From: Ramazzottius varieornatus
Lineage: Eukaryota > Animalia > Tardigrada
Assembly: GCA_001949185.1 (NCBI GenBank)
Contig: BDGG01000005.1
Location: 558,001 to 622,000, forward strand
Reading direction: 5' to 3'
DNA: 64,000 nucleotides
Part shown: one piece after another, positions 13,601 through 26,500 of the stretch
Layout: each line of letters starts with the position of its first letter
Position numbering within the stretch: position 1 is the stretch's first letter
Notes under the pieces: model-generated
Databases searched by the model: none
What the model was told of the DNA's origin: nothing
What the model saw: only the letters and a program-made list of their open reading frames with translations
Program-made: the position numbers and the translations under genes

Positions 13601-16600
13601 GTAAATAACCCCCGAATACGATCGAGATCCACTTACACAAGGTTAAGAAGGTAACGGGATTCCGTTCGATGGCTGAAATGGAAGAGCACTTCAGGAACAA
13701 TATTCGATGCTCGTGTGATATGACAGTACTTTAGGTCGGTAAATAACTTTGCCAAATATGTCTGTCATCGCGGAAGAACGGCGGTTTCAGAGAGACTATC
13801 GAAAACATATTTGATTGTGTGCACGAGAATAAAAGCGCCGTGTTCGTTGATATAAGAGACATCAAATTCTTTAGCTCATTTCCTTCGACGGCTTCTTTGA
13901 AAGCGCGGAACAGTTTTGTGAACATTATCCAGCCATAGCATGACTTCTGTCTTCGTTCACAACAATCGGCTGAGATTTTCAATGAGGTTGCGCGAAGCTG
14001 TCTAACAAGCAGCAAAAGCTTTTCATCAAGCACGAAGGAAGGACCCATACATATGCATCGCAGCCTGAGGGGAGAAATCGCTTTATGCCATCTCTCAGTG
14101 ACGACTGTCTAATAAGACTAGAACTCACTAATACACCGTATCAAAAGGTTTCCGTCAAGCTAAAGCTGCTAAAGCCCGAAGAACCGCTGTACAGAGCAAG
14201 AAATCCAAGTTGGCCATGCCAGGTAAGTCGGCCACCCAATGAGCTAACCGTCAGCGATGGCGTCACACAGGCAGACGCCTTGGGTGACTGACTCCTAACT
14301 CTTACCCCATGCTTGCCGCTGTTTTCTGTGTCGTACGTACGAGGGCTTACCAGCATGAATAATCACTCGTATGTAAGACTGTGAACTAAACGGGAATCAA
14401 TTTTATTTTCAACAAGGAACTGAGTGCCACACCCATCGTCGATATCTCTGATTCCGTGACTAGGCAAGGCCGGCGTTGGGGTACGCTGACGTCATGGGTG
14501 TCATCGATCAGAAGGATGGAAGCTAGACTCTCAAGTTAAGTAGTGTGGTAAATAGCACTGCTTTTTGTTCCAGTAAGCTGGTCGAATGTCCTGCTATAGT
14601 AGCCCACCAAGCGTAACATCCCATCGCCAAGTGTCTCATCATATCCGAGAACCTAGACGCCGTATCGTTCTTTCACTTCCATCAAATTAATGACAAGCCT
14701 TGCGCACGCGGTAGTAAATCGATAAGCACTCTATACCAACGATAATGAAGATCATTAATAGAGCAGCATAATATTCTTCGCGTCTCGGACGTAACATTAT
14801 CGGAAAGTAATTGCAGGTCGAATTTCACCTTTTCAAACACGTAAAACTTTTAACGTTGCTCCGCGAACGAGCACAATCCATACGGAGTTGAGGGCTTCGG
14901 CACCACCGCCCTGTCTAACCTAATTGGTACAGAGCTCTAACTCCAAAGACACGGAAGCGCCACACTGGAACTCCTTACACGAGAGAAAGCCGTGCAGTCC
15001 GAAAGACGTAAGATAGGTCTTTCGGGAAGACATCGAAAAGGTTCGGTGTACATGTGCGAGTTAGTTTTCTCTAACGGAGCCGAAGGCGGTTTTGGCGAGA
15101 ACAAGATCCACAGCACTATATAAATAAGGTCGCCTCATACAGAAGACCTTGACGTCTTCGAGAGACTTGCGGTCAATAATGCGTAATATTTGTGATCATA
15201 TAGACGATGAGCAAACACATTTCGAAAATGTCAAATAACTTTGTCTCTTTGTGGATCGATCCGGGATTAAAAATAAAAAATTAATCTCTTGGTCGTACCT
15301 CATTCCTGCTTCTTTTTGCGGTAAAATTCAAACGGCTCTTTCAGCGCGTCAGTCTATTCGAGGTACTGGCGTGATGCATGATGGCCTCCCGATGAAGTCT
15401 GGAAAGCAGACGTGTGGCGACGGCCCTAATTGGTTAGTTTCGTGCTGATGTCGAAGGTCGTCAAGTTATTAGTGGGGGAATATCGTGAGTAACTAACGGG
15501 ATCTCAATTGTATGCAGCTTATCACATCCTGGTTGTGTAACGTAATTGGAGTTGCCTCATGTTTGTACACCCATAAACCTAAGCCCACGTACAGGTCCCT
15601 TTGTACACAGTACACTTGGAAATTATATCTTGTGGATACTCATCAAAAAGCACTCTTCCGGGCTTAGGCGTTTTGATATCGCCTGTTTTTTATTGACTCT
15701 CATTTGAAAAGGGCCTTTGAAAATGGAGCCTACAGAAAGATTCGCGCGGTGGCTTCTGTCATCTGAGTCCCTTTGGTCTTTCGGTCAGATATCCTACCGT
15801 TGGAAAATTTGCTCCTTGGCAAGACGGGCTCTTTAGGGAAACGCCGAGGCCTCTCAACTCTAATCATAGCCTTGACTATGCGTCCTTCTAGTACGTAATA
15901 TGTCAGAAGAGAAAGAAAATGGGCAAAGGATTAGTCCGAGTATCGATTTTCCATTCGGCATTCTTGGGTGAGTACTCCCTCGCTGGAAGGTTCCCGCGCG
16001 GCTTCAGAACGACACGAGCCAAGTGTGGCTTACGTACGTCAGGTCGATGGTTCTTCATTAAAGATCCCGCTACAGCTCTCGCCTTTTTCCATTGCTAGAC
16101 CAGAATATCGAGCGGGCTATTACTGCAAATATGACTGCTCGCTTTAATCACGTTACACACTCTGTATATAGTGCGTGCCGTCATGTTCCCTGACATGCCA
16201 GCGCGCGAAGTGGGCGGACATTCGCATGACAGTTTCCCGAGTCTTTGGCAGGCTGTTCGATCTCAGCAGAAAGCCGGTCTCCGGAGAATGGCAAAGACTG
16301 TCCACTTGCTCTGCGGTGCACTTCTGAAAACTTTGCCAAAATAAAATGGGAAGCCGGCAAACGAAACGCACAGGATCGCTATTCTAAGTGGCGCACGTCA
16401 CTATTATTATCAGCAGGAAGTGTTTGCCACTTGGGATAGAAACTTGTATCATACATTTCGTTGCCGATCCCACAAATGATACTTAATCTTTTGTAAAATT
16501 GTGCGTCGAGGACCTTCTTGGGGAAGAAACCCTAGGTTGTTGCCGGTGAAAAACGGCCACTGGCGATAATTTAGTAATTTAGGCCCTTTGGAAAATGGAC

Positions 16601-18491
16601 TCTGCCTTGATGTACTTTGTTCAACGAAAACATGTTCCATCAAAGCGTAATAATCCTTGTGCCACAAAAGCCAGTTAACTGTCCATAGGTTCGAGGCTAT
16701 TGTATGGTCGAGGTTGTGATGGTTTCGGGAGCTGGTGGGTACGACTGGTGGTCGTACTTCACGGTACGGTACTAGACAGATTTGTCAAGTGCAGACGTTT
16801 GCATGTGATTAATTGGCGTATGTGTCTGTGAATTCTTTTCTGCAACTTCAGTCAACTGAACCGTTTCCTACTTGGTGATTTATGGCAATTAAATTGTTCT
16901 CGTTGCGGCACACTTCACAGCCCGTTGTGGTACATATTTCGACAAAGAATAATGCTCTTGTCCATGTTTGTTCACAGAGACTTGGCAATATTGGTGTTAA
17001 TTAATGTACTCGTAAACAAGCGGCATGAACCGTCCTTCTATAAATACGCGGCCCACACAATGTTCGCGGAAAATGAACACACTGTCTGTTTTAAGAATAA
17101 TCCCTGATGTTTCAATCATACAAAAAATCCATCTGCCTATCCGGCACACCCAGCAGCCCAGCCTAAATACCCAACCAGATAAAACCTCCGTACGGAAAAG
17201 GAGATTCTCCCAGGCTTTCAGAGGTTCTCATGAAATCCAAGCCATACTAGATGTCGAAAGTAGGATTTCATAGGATTTTCGGCTACGTCGAAAAGAGCCT
17301 GATGAAGCAAGTCTAACGTATCAGAGAAGCCTTTTCTCTGACCTCGGCGACCTTTGAACATCCGAAAGGTTAGAATTCAAACCGTGCCCATGATTTATTA
17401 CCGCTTTTACTTCGGCAGCCGTGTACGAGGAGCACTCGGAAGCGTCATGGATCGATTGACCACTCGGGGATTCCGCTATTTCCATTCTCTTATGCAGATT
17501 GATGAATTCAAGTTCAAAGTGAGAATGGCTCCTTTCGTACTTCAGAGTCTAAGGAAGTCGCGCTTACGTAACCAGAGCGGCATGCAGCCTCTTCGGCCGC
17601 AATCTCAAGTTCCCTTTCGGCTGTGCTATGACAGGCGCAAACACGACTGTTGCCTGTCAGCCGTTCCCGAAAAAGAAGCCGCGAAGGTTAGTTGATGCAA
17701 ACAGCAGTGCCATCGTTACATAAGTGCCTTGCTTCTGTATCCAAATGCTCAACACCGTTTACGCACTCAACGTTAACATTTGAGCCAATAAATATCCAAC
17801 ATCAACTTCCCAGCAGCAGCAGCATCATCCCGTGCAAATTCACACAGCTAATATGCAACACCGAAGGATCACCGGGTCACTGTACAGAGGTCGCGATCCT
17901 GGAACCTTAGATATTAAAAGCAAACAAAACCAGACCTTACGTATGCGTCCCTCTGGCTTTTTCAAAACATCCCGCTGAATTATTTGCTGACCTTCGCTAC
18001 GAGCCTGAGCTTTTCCTCTCTGTTTTCGTATGTCAGCAATCAGGTGGGACATCCTTGACCGGAAGCAAGTGAAAAGACACAACGCTACACACCGGAACAC
18101 CTCTCATGCACCGTACCCTGAAGACAACTTCCGGTCTATTCACAACAGCTTCTTTTGTACCTGGAAAGGCCAGGTACAACGAACCGCGCGTTGCTCTGTT
18201 GTAACCTTCAGCGGGAGAAACCGGCAAGGATATCTCCTTACCACGACGCTGTTTTAATTAGCGTCGTGAAAGCTTAAATTAGGCACACGGAAGTAGACAC
18301 AGAAAACCCTGTGGATTACCACACAACAACAAAATGCAGCAGAATGCAAGCCAGACTTACTGCAGTCCGCAGCTCAAATTCAAAGCTGGGGTATAGTTTG
18401 AACTTACCGGGTTTTCGGCGGTCGACGGGAAGATGAGAATGAAGAAAAATCCGGCGAAGCGCAGTGATCCACATGACGATGCCGGCGTCAT
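7610..18491 (-). CDS. Pdfr: Pigment-dispersing factor receptor-like class B (secretin-family) GPCR
   Basis: Signal-peptide exon 18491-18408 (MTPASSCGSLRFAGFFFILIFPSTAENP|gtaagt) is in phase with exon 13127-12863 (...TPESCTAFLESIGQALGQP). The hormone-binding domain follows: GWCPGVTDEVLCWPAAPPG..CP..GVDP|KYAMKTCEIDGQW..NPAGYTDYEGCY. TM region: SLRNSRTTIH, LIEYARTAMFMWMFLEGL, NIIRVLLTKLRDSHQSD, KAVKATIVLAPLMG, LIYCFLNSEV. These match PDFR-specific motifs. The exact N-terminal exon set and the last-exon end are less certain. Confidence 0.85.
8071..8191. mobile_element. Palindromic MITE-like element, copy 2 (PDFR last intron)
   Basis: agagctcggcag...ccaactggcgcac..tgcgccacttgg...ctgccgagctct. Confidence 0.75.
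10329..10453. mobile_element. Palindromic MITE-like element, copy 3 (PDFR intron)
   Basis: tgggagccggcc...gagtggcgtac..gcgcgccacttg...tgcccagctccca. Confidence 0.7.
16347..16472. mobile_element. Palindromic MITE-like element, copy 4 (PDFR intron 1)
   Basis: tgggaagccggcaa...aagtggcgcac..gccacttggg...ttgccgatccca. Confidence 0.7.
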
Positions 18492-20965
18492 ACAGAAGCA
18501 GGAAGTGAATCCAGGTGAGTGAGAAACTCCACGTATGATGGAGAGAAATTTACGCTGGGTTGGAAAGGCACCTTTTCCTGGAGAGACCTTGAGTGGTACT
18601 GTAGTCAGAAAGGTGCGTCAAGGAGTAGGGCAGGCCCACACATTGATCCATCAACGATAATTAATACTTTCACCTCTGCAGTAAGGACAACAGACTATTA
18701 GCGAGTTTCCTTCGGATATTCCACTAGCTGAGAAGCGATAACCGTTTCGCCAAAGCAATATAGGCTGGCTGCCCTAACCGGAGAGAAGATGAAGTGGGTA
18801 AATCCGACCTTCACACAACGACTGCACCGTATGGCGTTTTCAGGCTGACAGCACGATCCCAAAGACTGTGTGGGAAAGGAGGAGGAGGAAACCAGAAATG
18901 TCCGACTGGCTGTTGCAGGCTGCAAGGAGAACTAGTTGTTAGTACGAGTAATGATTGCTTTCGTGCTGATGTCAGGGATGTGAGTGCAGTGTACAGATTG
19001 AAAGCAAGAAGCTAATCGAAGTCTCTCTGTACGAGCAAAGCTCTTCCGCCTATATCCGACGTAATTCCTGCAAGCCTGCCATACGGCGGAAATCAGTAAT
19101 TTATCAGTCTAGGTTTTTTTGCATGCCTTAGCTTACTCTGTCCAGAAAATGATGCTTGTCCTGGTGGTGACAGGGATAGATGAATTTGCGATTCAGCAAT
19201 GAATGAAAACGACGACCATCGATCGTGAATTGAGTGTGGTGCTTTGAATAACAAGGAAGATATCCCTCCTTGTGGAATTAATTGACTCGAACCATCGCCT
19301 TCAGCAAACATGGGTCTTTTCGCGAGCACAGTGAAGAGTCAGCTTTTCCGATTTGTCCGGAAAGGGAAGAACAATTTGTTGTGTTTCAGACTGAAGGAGA
19401 TCCCTTCCTACAAAGTACATACATACATGCGCTAGTTGACAAAAGCTGAGGTTGATATTTTGCTTACATACAAAAACATCCATTGCACCTTCAGTTTGTA
19501 AACGATTATAAAGGATTCTGTCAATATGGGAGCGCGGTACATGGCGGCACAGATTCCACAGATTAAAGTCCAAAGATAGACGCAAATTAATTGCCTCGCC
19601 GAGAGAAATCAATTTTTTATCCATTAAGTTTTCATAACATCGCGTGTGACGCCAAAATGGGAATCGATTATCGCGCCTGGAAATCCATCGAAAACGGCCT
19701 TCTTGAAATTTGCCTTTGAAAATTCGCTTGATCGCTTGATCGAGCTAACCCACTACTCTTCGCGCGCCTTCAGCCATTCAATCAAGCCTTCTTTAACACT
19801 AGTGACTTGGCAGCTGGATTTCTTTCCGAAACAATCCGCCTGGACTTACTGTATTATCATTTGAGCGTGTGCCGTCGTGTGGTATGTTTCTATGTTGAAG
19901 CAAGATGAGTTCTTTCCTGACGTATCTTCTCGGTTATTCCATGCCATTAATAATCATCCCCTTCACGGGCGGCAAGTGTGTGAGCTTAACGAAGCCTTTC
20001 CGGCAAAGGTGAGGTTCTCCTTGATGAAATGACTGGATGTGAATTTATTGAGACTCATCAGGCCGTCTTGCTCCCATCGTCACCTTCCGGGCATACGCAA
20101 TGCGGACGGAATCGAAGGCTCACCGATCCAGCAGTAGGTATGGCTGGTTCCTCCCTACAGCGAGTCAGAATGATTGTGAAAATTCTATAACTGTCATATG
20201 ATTGTCAGGCGCCTTCGGAATGGTCGGCGAATCGATACAAAGCAATATTGAAGGGGACACACCTCAGACCACCAGAATGAGCATGGAGGAGAAGTTAGAT
20301 GAAATTTATATGGCTGTTGTTGAAACACTGATGGTTCTTCACGCGCGAGCTCAAGCAGTATGGGTTCTCCACTATGAAAGACCATCCAGCATGCGAGTCT
20401 CTCGTAGACTTCCGAAACTGACGCGATGGTGGGTGAAACTTTAAGGACCTCTTACCTAATGGAACTTTAAGTTACCAGTATGCGACAACGAATGAACGGA
20501 TTGCGATAGACTTCACGATCATTTTTAATGGCGCAGCGACGCAGTATACGCCGATCCTGCAGACTTCATTCATAAGGCGACCTTGAAAAATGTTAATTGA
20601 TTGTACCACCATAAATATACTTGGGATTAGAGAAGTTGCATTTTGCGCAGATGGTTTGAACAATCGAGAACTAATTAATTTTGAAATCGAAGTTTATAAA
20701 AGCATTCGCTAGAAGCTTTGAGAAGTTGCACAATGCGGGCGAGTTTGAGAAAAACGATGGGACAAACGACCGCTCCTGGTCATGGTGGTTTGTTCGGCAG
20801 TAATTAGCCCACCAAGTTAGAAAAGAGCCGGCTCAAATATAAATCTGATTGACTGATTGTCCGGAGTGGAGGCCCTGTGTTGCCCGGGCACCGATTACGC
20901 TTCCCGGTGCTTCGGGCCAGCCAGGGCATTACTGACGGCAATTCGTTCATGTTTGAAATCTACGG

Positions 20966-21032
20966 GTAATTCTATTCGTGATTCACGAACGAAGCCCCCC
21001 CCTTTCGTTTCGTGAATCGCGAGGCGAATTAC
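20966..21032 (+). other. Isolated ~67-nt hairpin (pre-miRNA-like or foldback remnant)
   Basis: gtaattctattcgtgattcacgaacgaag-C7 loop-tttcgtttcgtgaatcgcgaggcgaattac. About 25 paired positions. Confidence 0.4.
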
Positions 21033-23546
21033 AAATCTTGAATGTTTAAACTTTTCTAAATGCAATCGTTTTGTCCGAACTGTCGTTTGTTCAAACCATC
21101 TGTGCAAAGTGCAACTTCTCTATTGATAGATTGTTCTCGACAACGGAAGCTGTTTGTATTCCCGATCAAAGACTTGGTAGTTGAACACTTCCTTCTGGAC
21201 TAACGCTAATCAAATCAACGGACCTTTGAATGAGTAACTCGATAATGCGGAAGTGTACGGACGGAGCATGTCTTCCTGTAGTCCGCGAAGCTCAGAAACA
21301 TAGCTTATTGCTTGTACGGTTCACGTCACCGGAACCCAGTACATTAATCCAGCCCGATCATCCCCGTTCTCTTGGAAATCTCCAAGCAATCCGCAGGCAA
21401 CGCCCAAATGCTGTGAGATCCAACTTCTCCGATTAAGCTACTCAACAAAGAATCCACAAATTTATCACTATGGCTGCTAAGAAAAGCATAATTTCCTGAG
21501 GCCGGATAGAGCACGTATCCCAACAGCGATCGTGCCGACCTTGATCTGTGGCAGTCGACCATGGCGAACTGAAATCGAAATCACAAGCTTTGAAAATACA
21601 GCTAGACTTTTATACCGAGTAGGATCTGCAGGTTCCCCATTTCTCAGTAAGCCAATATACGTACGAGTCAAGTCCACGCGTTCGGGCTCTAGGCTCACGT
21701 CGAGAACTCGCAAGAACCGGAAACCGGCTTTTGCCAGAACGATCGGCAGACCGCGTTCGTCGCTCGAATTTTCCAGGCAAACGGAAATGACCATGTCGCA
21801 GTAACTTCCTCGTCTGAACGCCGACAAGATGGCTGCCTGCATGATTGAGCTAATGGGAAGAACTGCAAGAAAAAAATTACCATACAATACGTATATGTTC
21901 AAATTGTCCGAGAAAGCTAGTTTGTCTAACCAGTCGTCAAATTGATCTCCACGGCCGTGTCCGGTTGGGATGCCAAATTGAAATTGCCCACGACTTCGGT
22001 CTGACCAGCCAGCTGAAGTTGCAGAAAGGCCGGTAGTCCGGAGCGTTGTCCGTAGACTGGCGCATCTTCTGTCAGGCATACAGAGAACACCTTTAGGGTG
22101 ATAGTGGTGTCGTCATTGCCTGACGCGACATCTGCAGTTCGCCGGTCGGTCCCAAGTAGGTCAACGTGCATCGATCTTGGACTCTCGTAGTAACTTCCGT
22201 CTTGAAACTGGGCTTCTGCACTGATCTCCTTTCGTTCGCTGGTGCCAACCAGCTGGGTTGATATAGCTGTCCTCTCCAGTTCTTCCACTTCGTCCATATG
22301 ACCATGGTATGTTCTCTTTAAATGGGACAGCTCGATATCCCAGGCAATAGATAGCTCGTGTTTTTGAACCCGATAACGGACCGACCTTTCTGTACACATC
22401 TCTCTGTTTCCGATTTCTGATGGGTTTCGGCCTGTCTCGTGGCGAGCAGCAAAGGTCCTTCCGGAAGTTTTCGACTTGGTTTTGAAGTGTTGCATCCTGT
22501 CCGTGTTTCTGCCTATTGTCGTAGGCACTTTTGAAAGCCCGATACTCCACCGCAATACTGTAAGAAGAGCAGCACGGCGTTCAGAATGTCAGATACTGTT
22601 CGTTACCCACAATGTAACCACACAATAAATTATTTAATTTGTCAAATAAGTAGTACCATTGTAACTCGGAGAGTAAGGAATGTAACGGAGCCAGTCGTTC
22701 TAGTGAGTTCGAGTTTTGAGTGCATGTGTGGAAAGTCCCGGTGTTTGCTGGTCGCTTCTTCTGTGCCCGACGCGATAGAACCGGGAAGCCTTCGCTAACA
22801 ATGTCATCTACAAAACGTTTAAAAGTTGGACACCCGTCTCGTGTGTAAATTTCTGGGTTGGTTTGAGATCAACTACACGTACGAAAGTCGGTTCGACTCG
22901 CCTACGCGTTCGATCGCTTGTCCCAGCAGCTGCAACCTGTCGCAGATCTCTCCGTGGTGAGTCTCCTGCAGATGCTCTTCGCCACAAATAACCGACGAGG
23001 TGCAAATGCAACCCATTTTTCTGGATGATGTACAACGTTACGCTGGAACAGGAAGGTTTAACTATCCCTCCTGCCTGGTGGTCGCGCTGACAGTACCTTC
23101 TCGAAGCATCGTAACGCGGCAACCGTACACGTCCATCCCGAAACTGGTTATTCTGTGTTGCTGGACCATTGTCATGTTAAGGGCGACCATCGGCAGTTCC
23201 ATTGCTTTTATTTCGTTAGTCTGTACAGTGTATTAAGGATATCAGGTGGTATCAACCTAAGGATAAATCAACCATAAACTGGAACAGAATATTACAAACC
23301 GGGTAAGCCACACATTTTCTCCACCGAGAATCATAGAGAAGTAATTGCTTGACATCTTTGGTCCGCTGAAAGACTGGGCATCTTGGACAAGCGCATGGAA
23401 TGCATCACAAGCTGCCAGGTACAGAAATGGAACAAAAGACCACCATCAAAATTTTGCCACAATCCAATAGTTGGCCATAATAAAAAATCCTAATAGTCCC
23501 TTCTAGGAAAACCTTTACGTATCGCAGTGAGATCGATATGAATCAG

Positions 23547-26500
23547 TTACAACTGTCGCACATGCGTATTCCCGTCTTTCTTGTTGGCTTCGTTCGTGGG
23601 TGTAGTAGAACTGTTGGAGGAAGTACTAGAAGTTTGTCTGGTCGACGCCCGAGAACTGCCAGTGGTGGTAGTAGACCGCGAGCCACCGCTGAAGCGGTAG
23701 AACTCGGCGGTGGTCAGGCTAGCTAAGGTCTCGGAGCTCGCCTGCAATAAGTTCGGCATATACACTGTACGTGTCACAGGGATTTCTTTCGAGGCACACT
23801 TGAATTTGGCTTTCACTCATTACACTCGCTACAACGGATACCAAAGAAACGTAAGTGCACATCAGATCAAACCATGCAGTGCGTCAAAAGGTAAGAAACT
23901 TGCAGGAAATCATCAAGCTTACCAGTGGCGCACTCTGTGTCGCGGCTTCAGCTTGGATCTTCTGGATCAGAAGCTGTTTAATTTCGGCAATATCTCGTCC
24001 GAACCGATCCTCCATCCTTTGAAGATTGCTGTAACATGAAGCATGCATTAGAGTTGTAGCCTAAACAGACATTCAACTTCGCTTGTGGTAAAGTTAAACT
24101 ACAGGAAACCAGTACATACCACCGCATGGGTTCCCGTAGTGATCGCAGGCAGATAATGTACTTACGTATTCATCTTCTCGATGCGGTCGTTCATACGTAA
24201 GACTTCTGGATCAGGAAACGAGCTACTCGTATCGTCTTCGCTAACCCGACTTCGTCCGAGAGGGGGAGCACGTCGAGATGGGCCACGAGGAGATTCCAGC
24301 GTGATTCTTGTGTCGCGCGTCGTTTGAGGAATGCCGATGGGAAGACCCAGTGTCCCGGGCGTAGTCATTGTAGAGTGCAGTAGTGGCTGCTGTTCGTTAT
24401 TCTCAGCTAAAAGGATAAAAATTAGCCACATGAAAAGATCGAATTAGGCTACATAATATGTGTGAGGACCCACCATGGTGCCTGTTCGTTATAGCAATAT
24501 CGGTTAGGCTCCGTTTGATGTTCGAAAACACATCTGCAAAAAAATCATTTCGTTGATCAATATTTGATCGAACTGCACAAACAATATCCCGATTAACCCG
24601 AAATAGTTTTCATTTCAGCCGCCTGAAAAGTGGAAACGTACCGCCGAGGTTCATATTCATTCCAGTTCCCCGCCGGCCTGATCGATGATGAAAGTCGGTA
24701 ATCATTGGAGTGACGTCTTGTCCAGCTGCGTTTGGTGTAAATTCCAGGATGCCATGGCCTTCGCCTCTATGTCCATGTACACCGTCTGGGGAGACACTGT
24801 CGGACCGGTAGTTTTGGCCAGGTGTCGAAAGCGCTGGTGTAGCTCGTCGCTTGAACTTGCTTCGCGCCTTCTTCCGTCGGGAAGGTTCCACACTGAAATC
24901 TTCCCCTTGGTCTTCATCGCCTTCGGAATCCGATTGGTGCCGTATGCCACGAGGAAGTTGGACTTGCGATACTTGAGCACTCAACTCCTCCTGCAAAGTA
25001 GGGCCAAATTAGTCGATCAATCTTACAGAATATCAGACTTATTTGAGACGTCGGCAAACGCAGTGAACCAGATCGTTATCTCAAGTGACGCACGCTCTCA
25101 TTGTGCCTGGCTCAGAAAGTGCGCCACTTGGAAACCGGTAGGTTTAGTTCGTTTGCGCACATGATGGGCGGCACATCCCACTTTTGTTCTGGTGAGGCTT
25201 TTTTATTTTCTGTATTCAATAATGTTTCGGAAAGGTACGTACGTCGCGTAGGCAAACTGTCAGTTCCAAGTTTTTGCTCAGATGGTCGAGAAACTCCGGA
25301 TAGCTTTCCAAGATGTCCAAAATTTCGTCTCTCCAGATCTTGTGTAAATCACAATAGCTTAAGGCACGAACAGTGGCCGAGGACTTGCCAATGGTCGGGT
25401 AATTGCAGGGATTCTCCCCGAATACATCATCCTTCCCTGTAACGGACAGATGGAACACACATCAAACAAAGCTGCTCAAAGCTCATTCGGCAAAACCTTT
25501 CAGTGTATGTACCCAATATAGCTTCAACGACGTCATTCTTGACGACTTCCAGCGAGCCTCTTGAGACAAAGTACAAGGCATTGAGGACGTCACCGCGGTG
25601 GACGAGGGTATCTCCGGGAGGCACATGGGTAGTATGAAATCGAACGCTTAAGGCACGCAGACAACCGGGTGATGCATCTTTGAAGGCCGGATTATTCTCC
25701 AGTAACTGACGGTTCAAATGAAGGCAAATGTCTCCTTGCAAACATTCGGGGAAACCTTTTAGAACCTAGAGAAGAGACCGAAGTGAAGAGTTGGATGTTA
25801 TCATGCAGTTGAGCTCAACAATGACAAATGATATACTTCGTTCATGTTAATGCCATTGGTGTACGTCCATGCATGCTGGAAGTACTCCTCCAGCCGCTGC
25901 CGCAGTGGATTGGGAATTTGATGGAAGCGAATAAACTCTTTGACCTGCGCCATTTGTGTGTGGTAGCGAGCTGTGCCAGAGTACAGGCGCTGGATGATGG
26001 CGGAAACGTTACCGAAGATACTGGCGTACATCAGCGAACCCACCATCATTACACAGGACGAAAATATCTATGAAGCAAAAACACGTCACAAGATAAGTAA
26101 CAAGAAACGTAATAACAAGGAACGTAAAAGGATCTTGATGGAAAAACAATTTATCTGGGAGTTGGGCAAATAACCTCGACAGGATTGGTTTTTCCAAGTG
26201 ACGCACACGCCGGGTCAGTAACACTGAAAACATGCGCCACTTGGAAAAACGGTCTTATCGAGCTCCGCAGTTCCCATTCGACAATATATTTTCTTACTTT
26301 TTCTGAATTGGTGGTGGCACTGATGTTTCCGAAGCCTATGGTGGTCAGACTGCTCATGATGAAGTACAAGGAAGTTATGTATTTGGACTTTAATGAAGGT
26401 CCACTGAGCGGGTCGGATTCGTTGTAAGGCTGTTTAGTCTGCACCGCCAGTTGATCGAGCCAGCCTATCTGCATGACGTAGGCCTTCTCCACGTTGGCTA

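Noticed and set aside
22660-23296. Possible solo LTR (TGTAAC...ATTACA)
   Set aside because: No target-site duplication, PBS/PPT or second copy.
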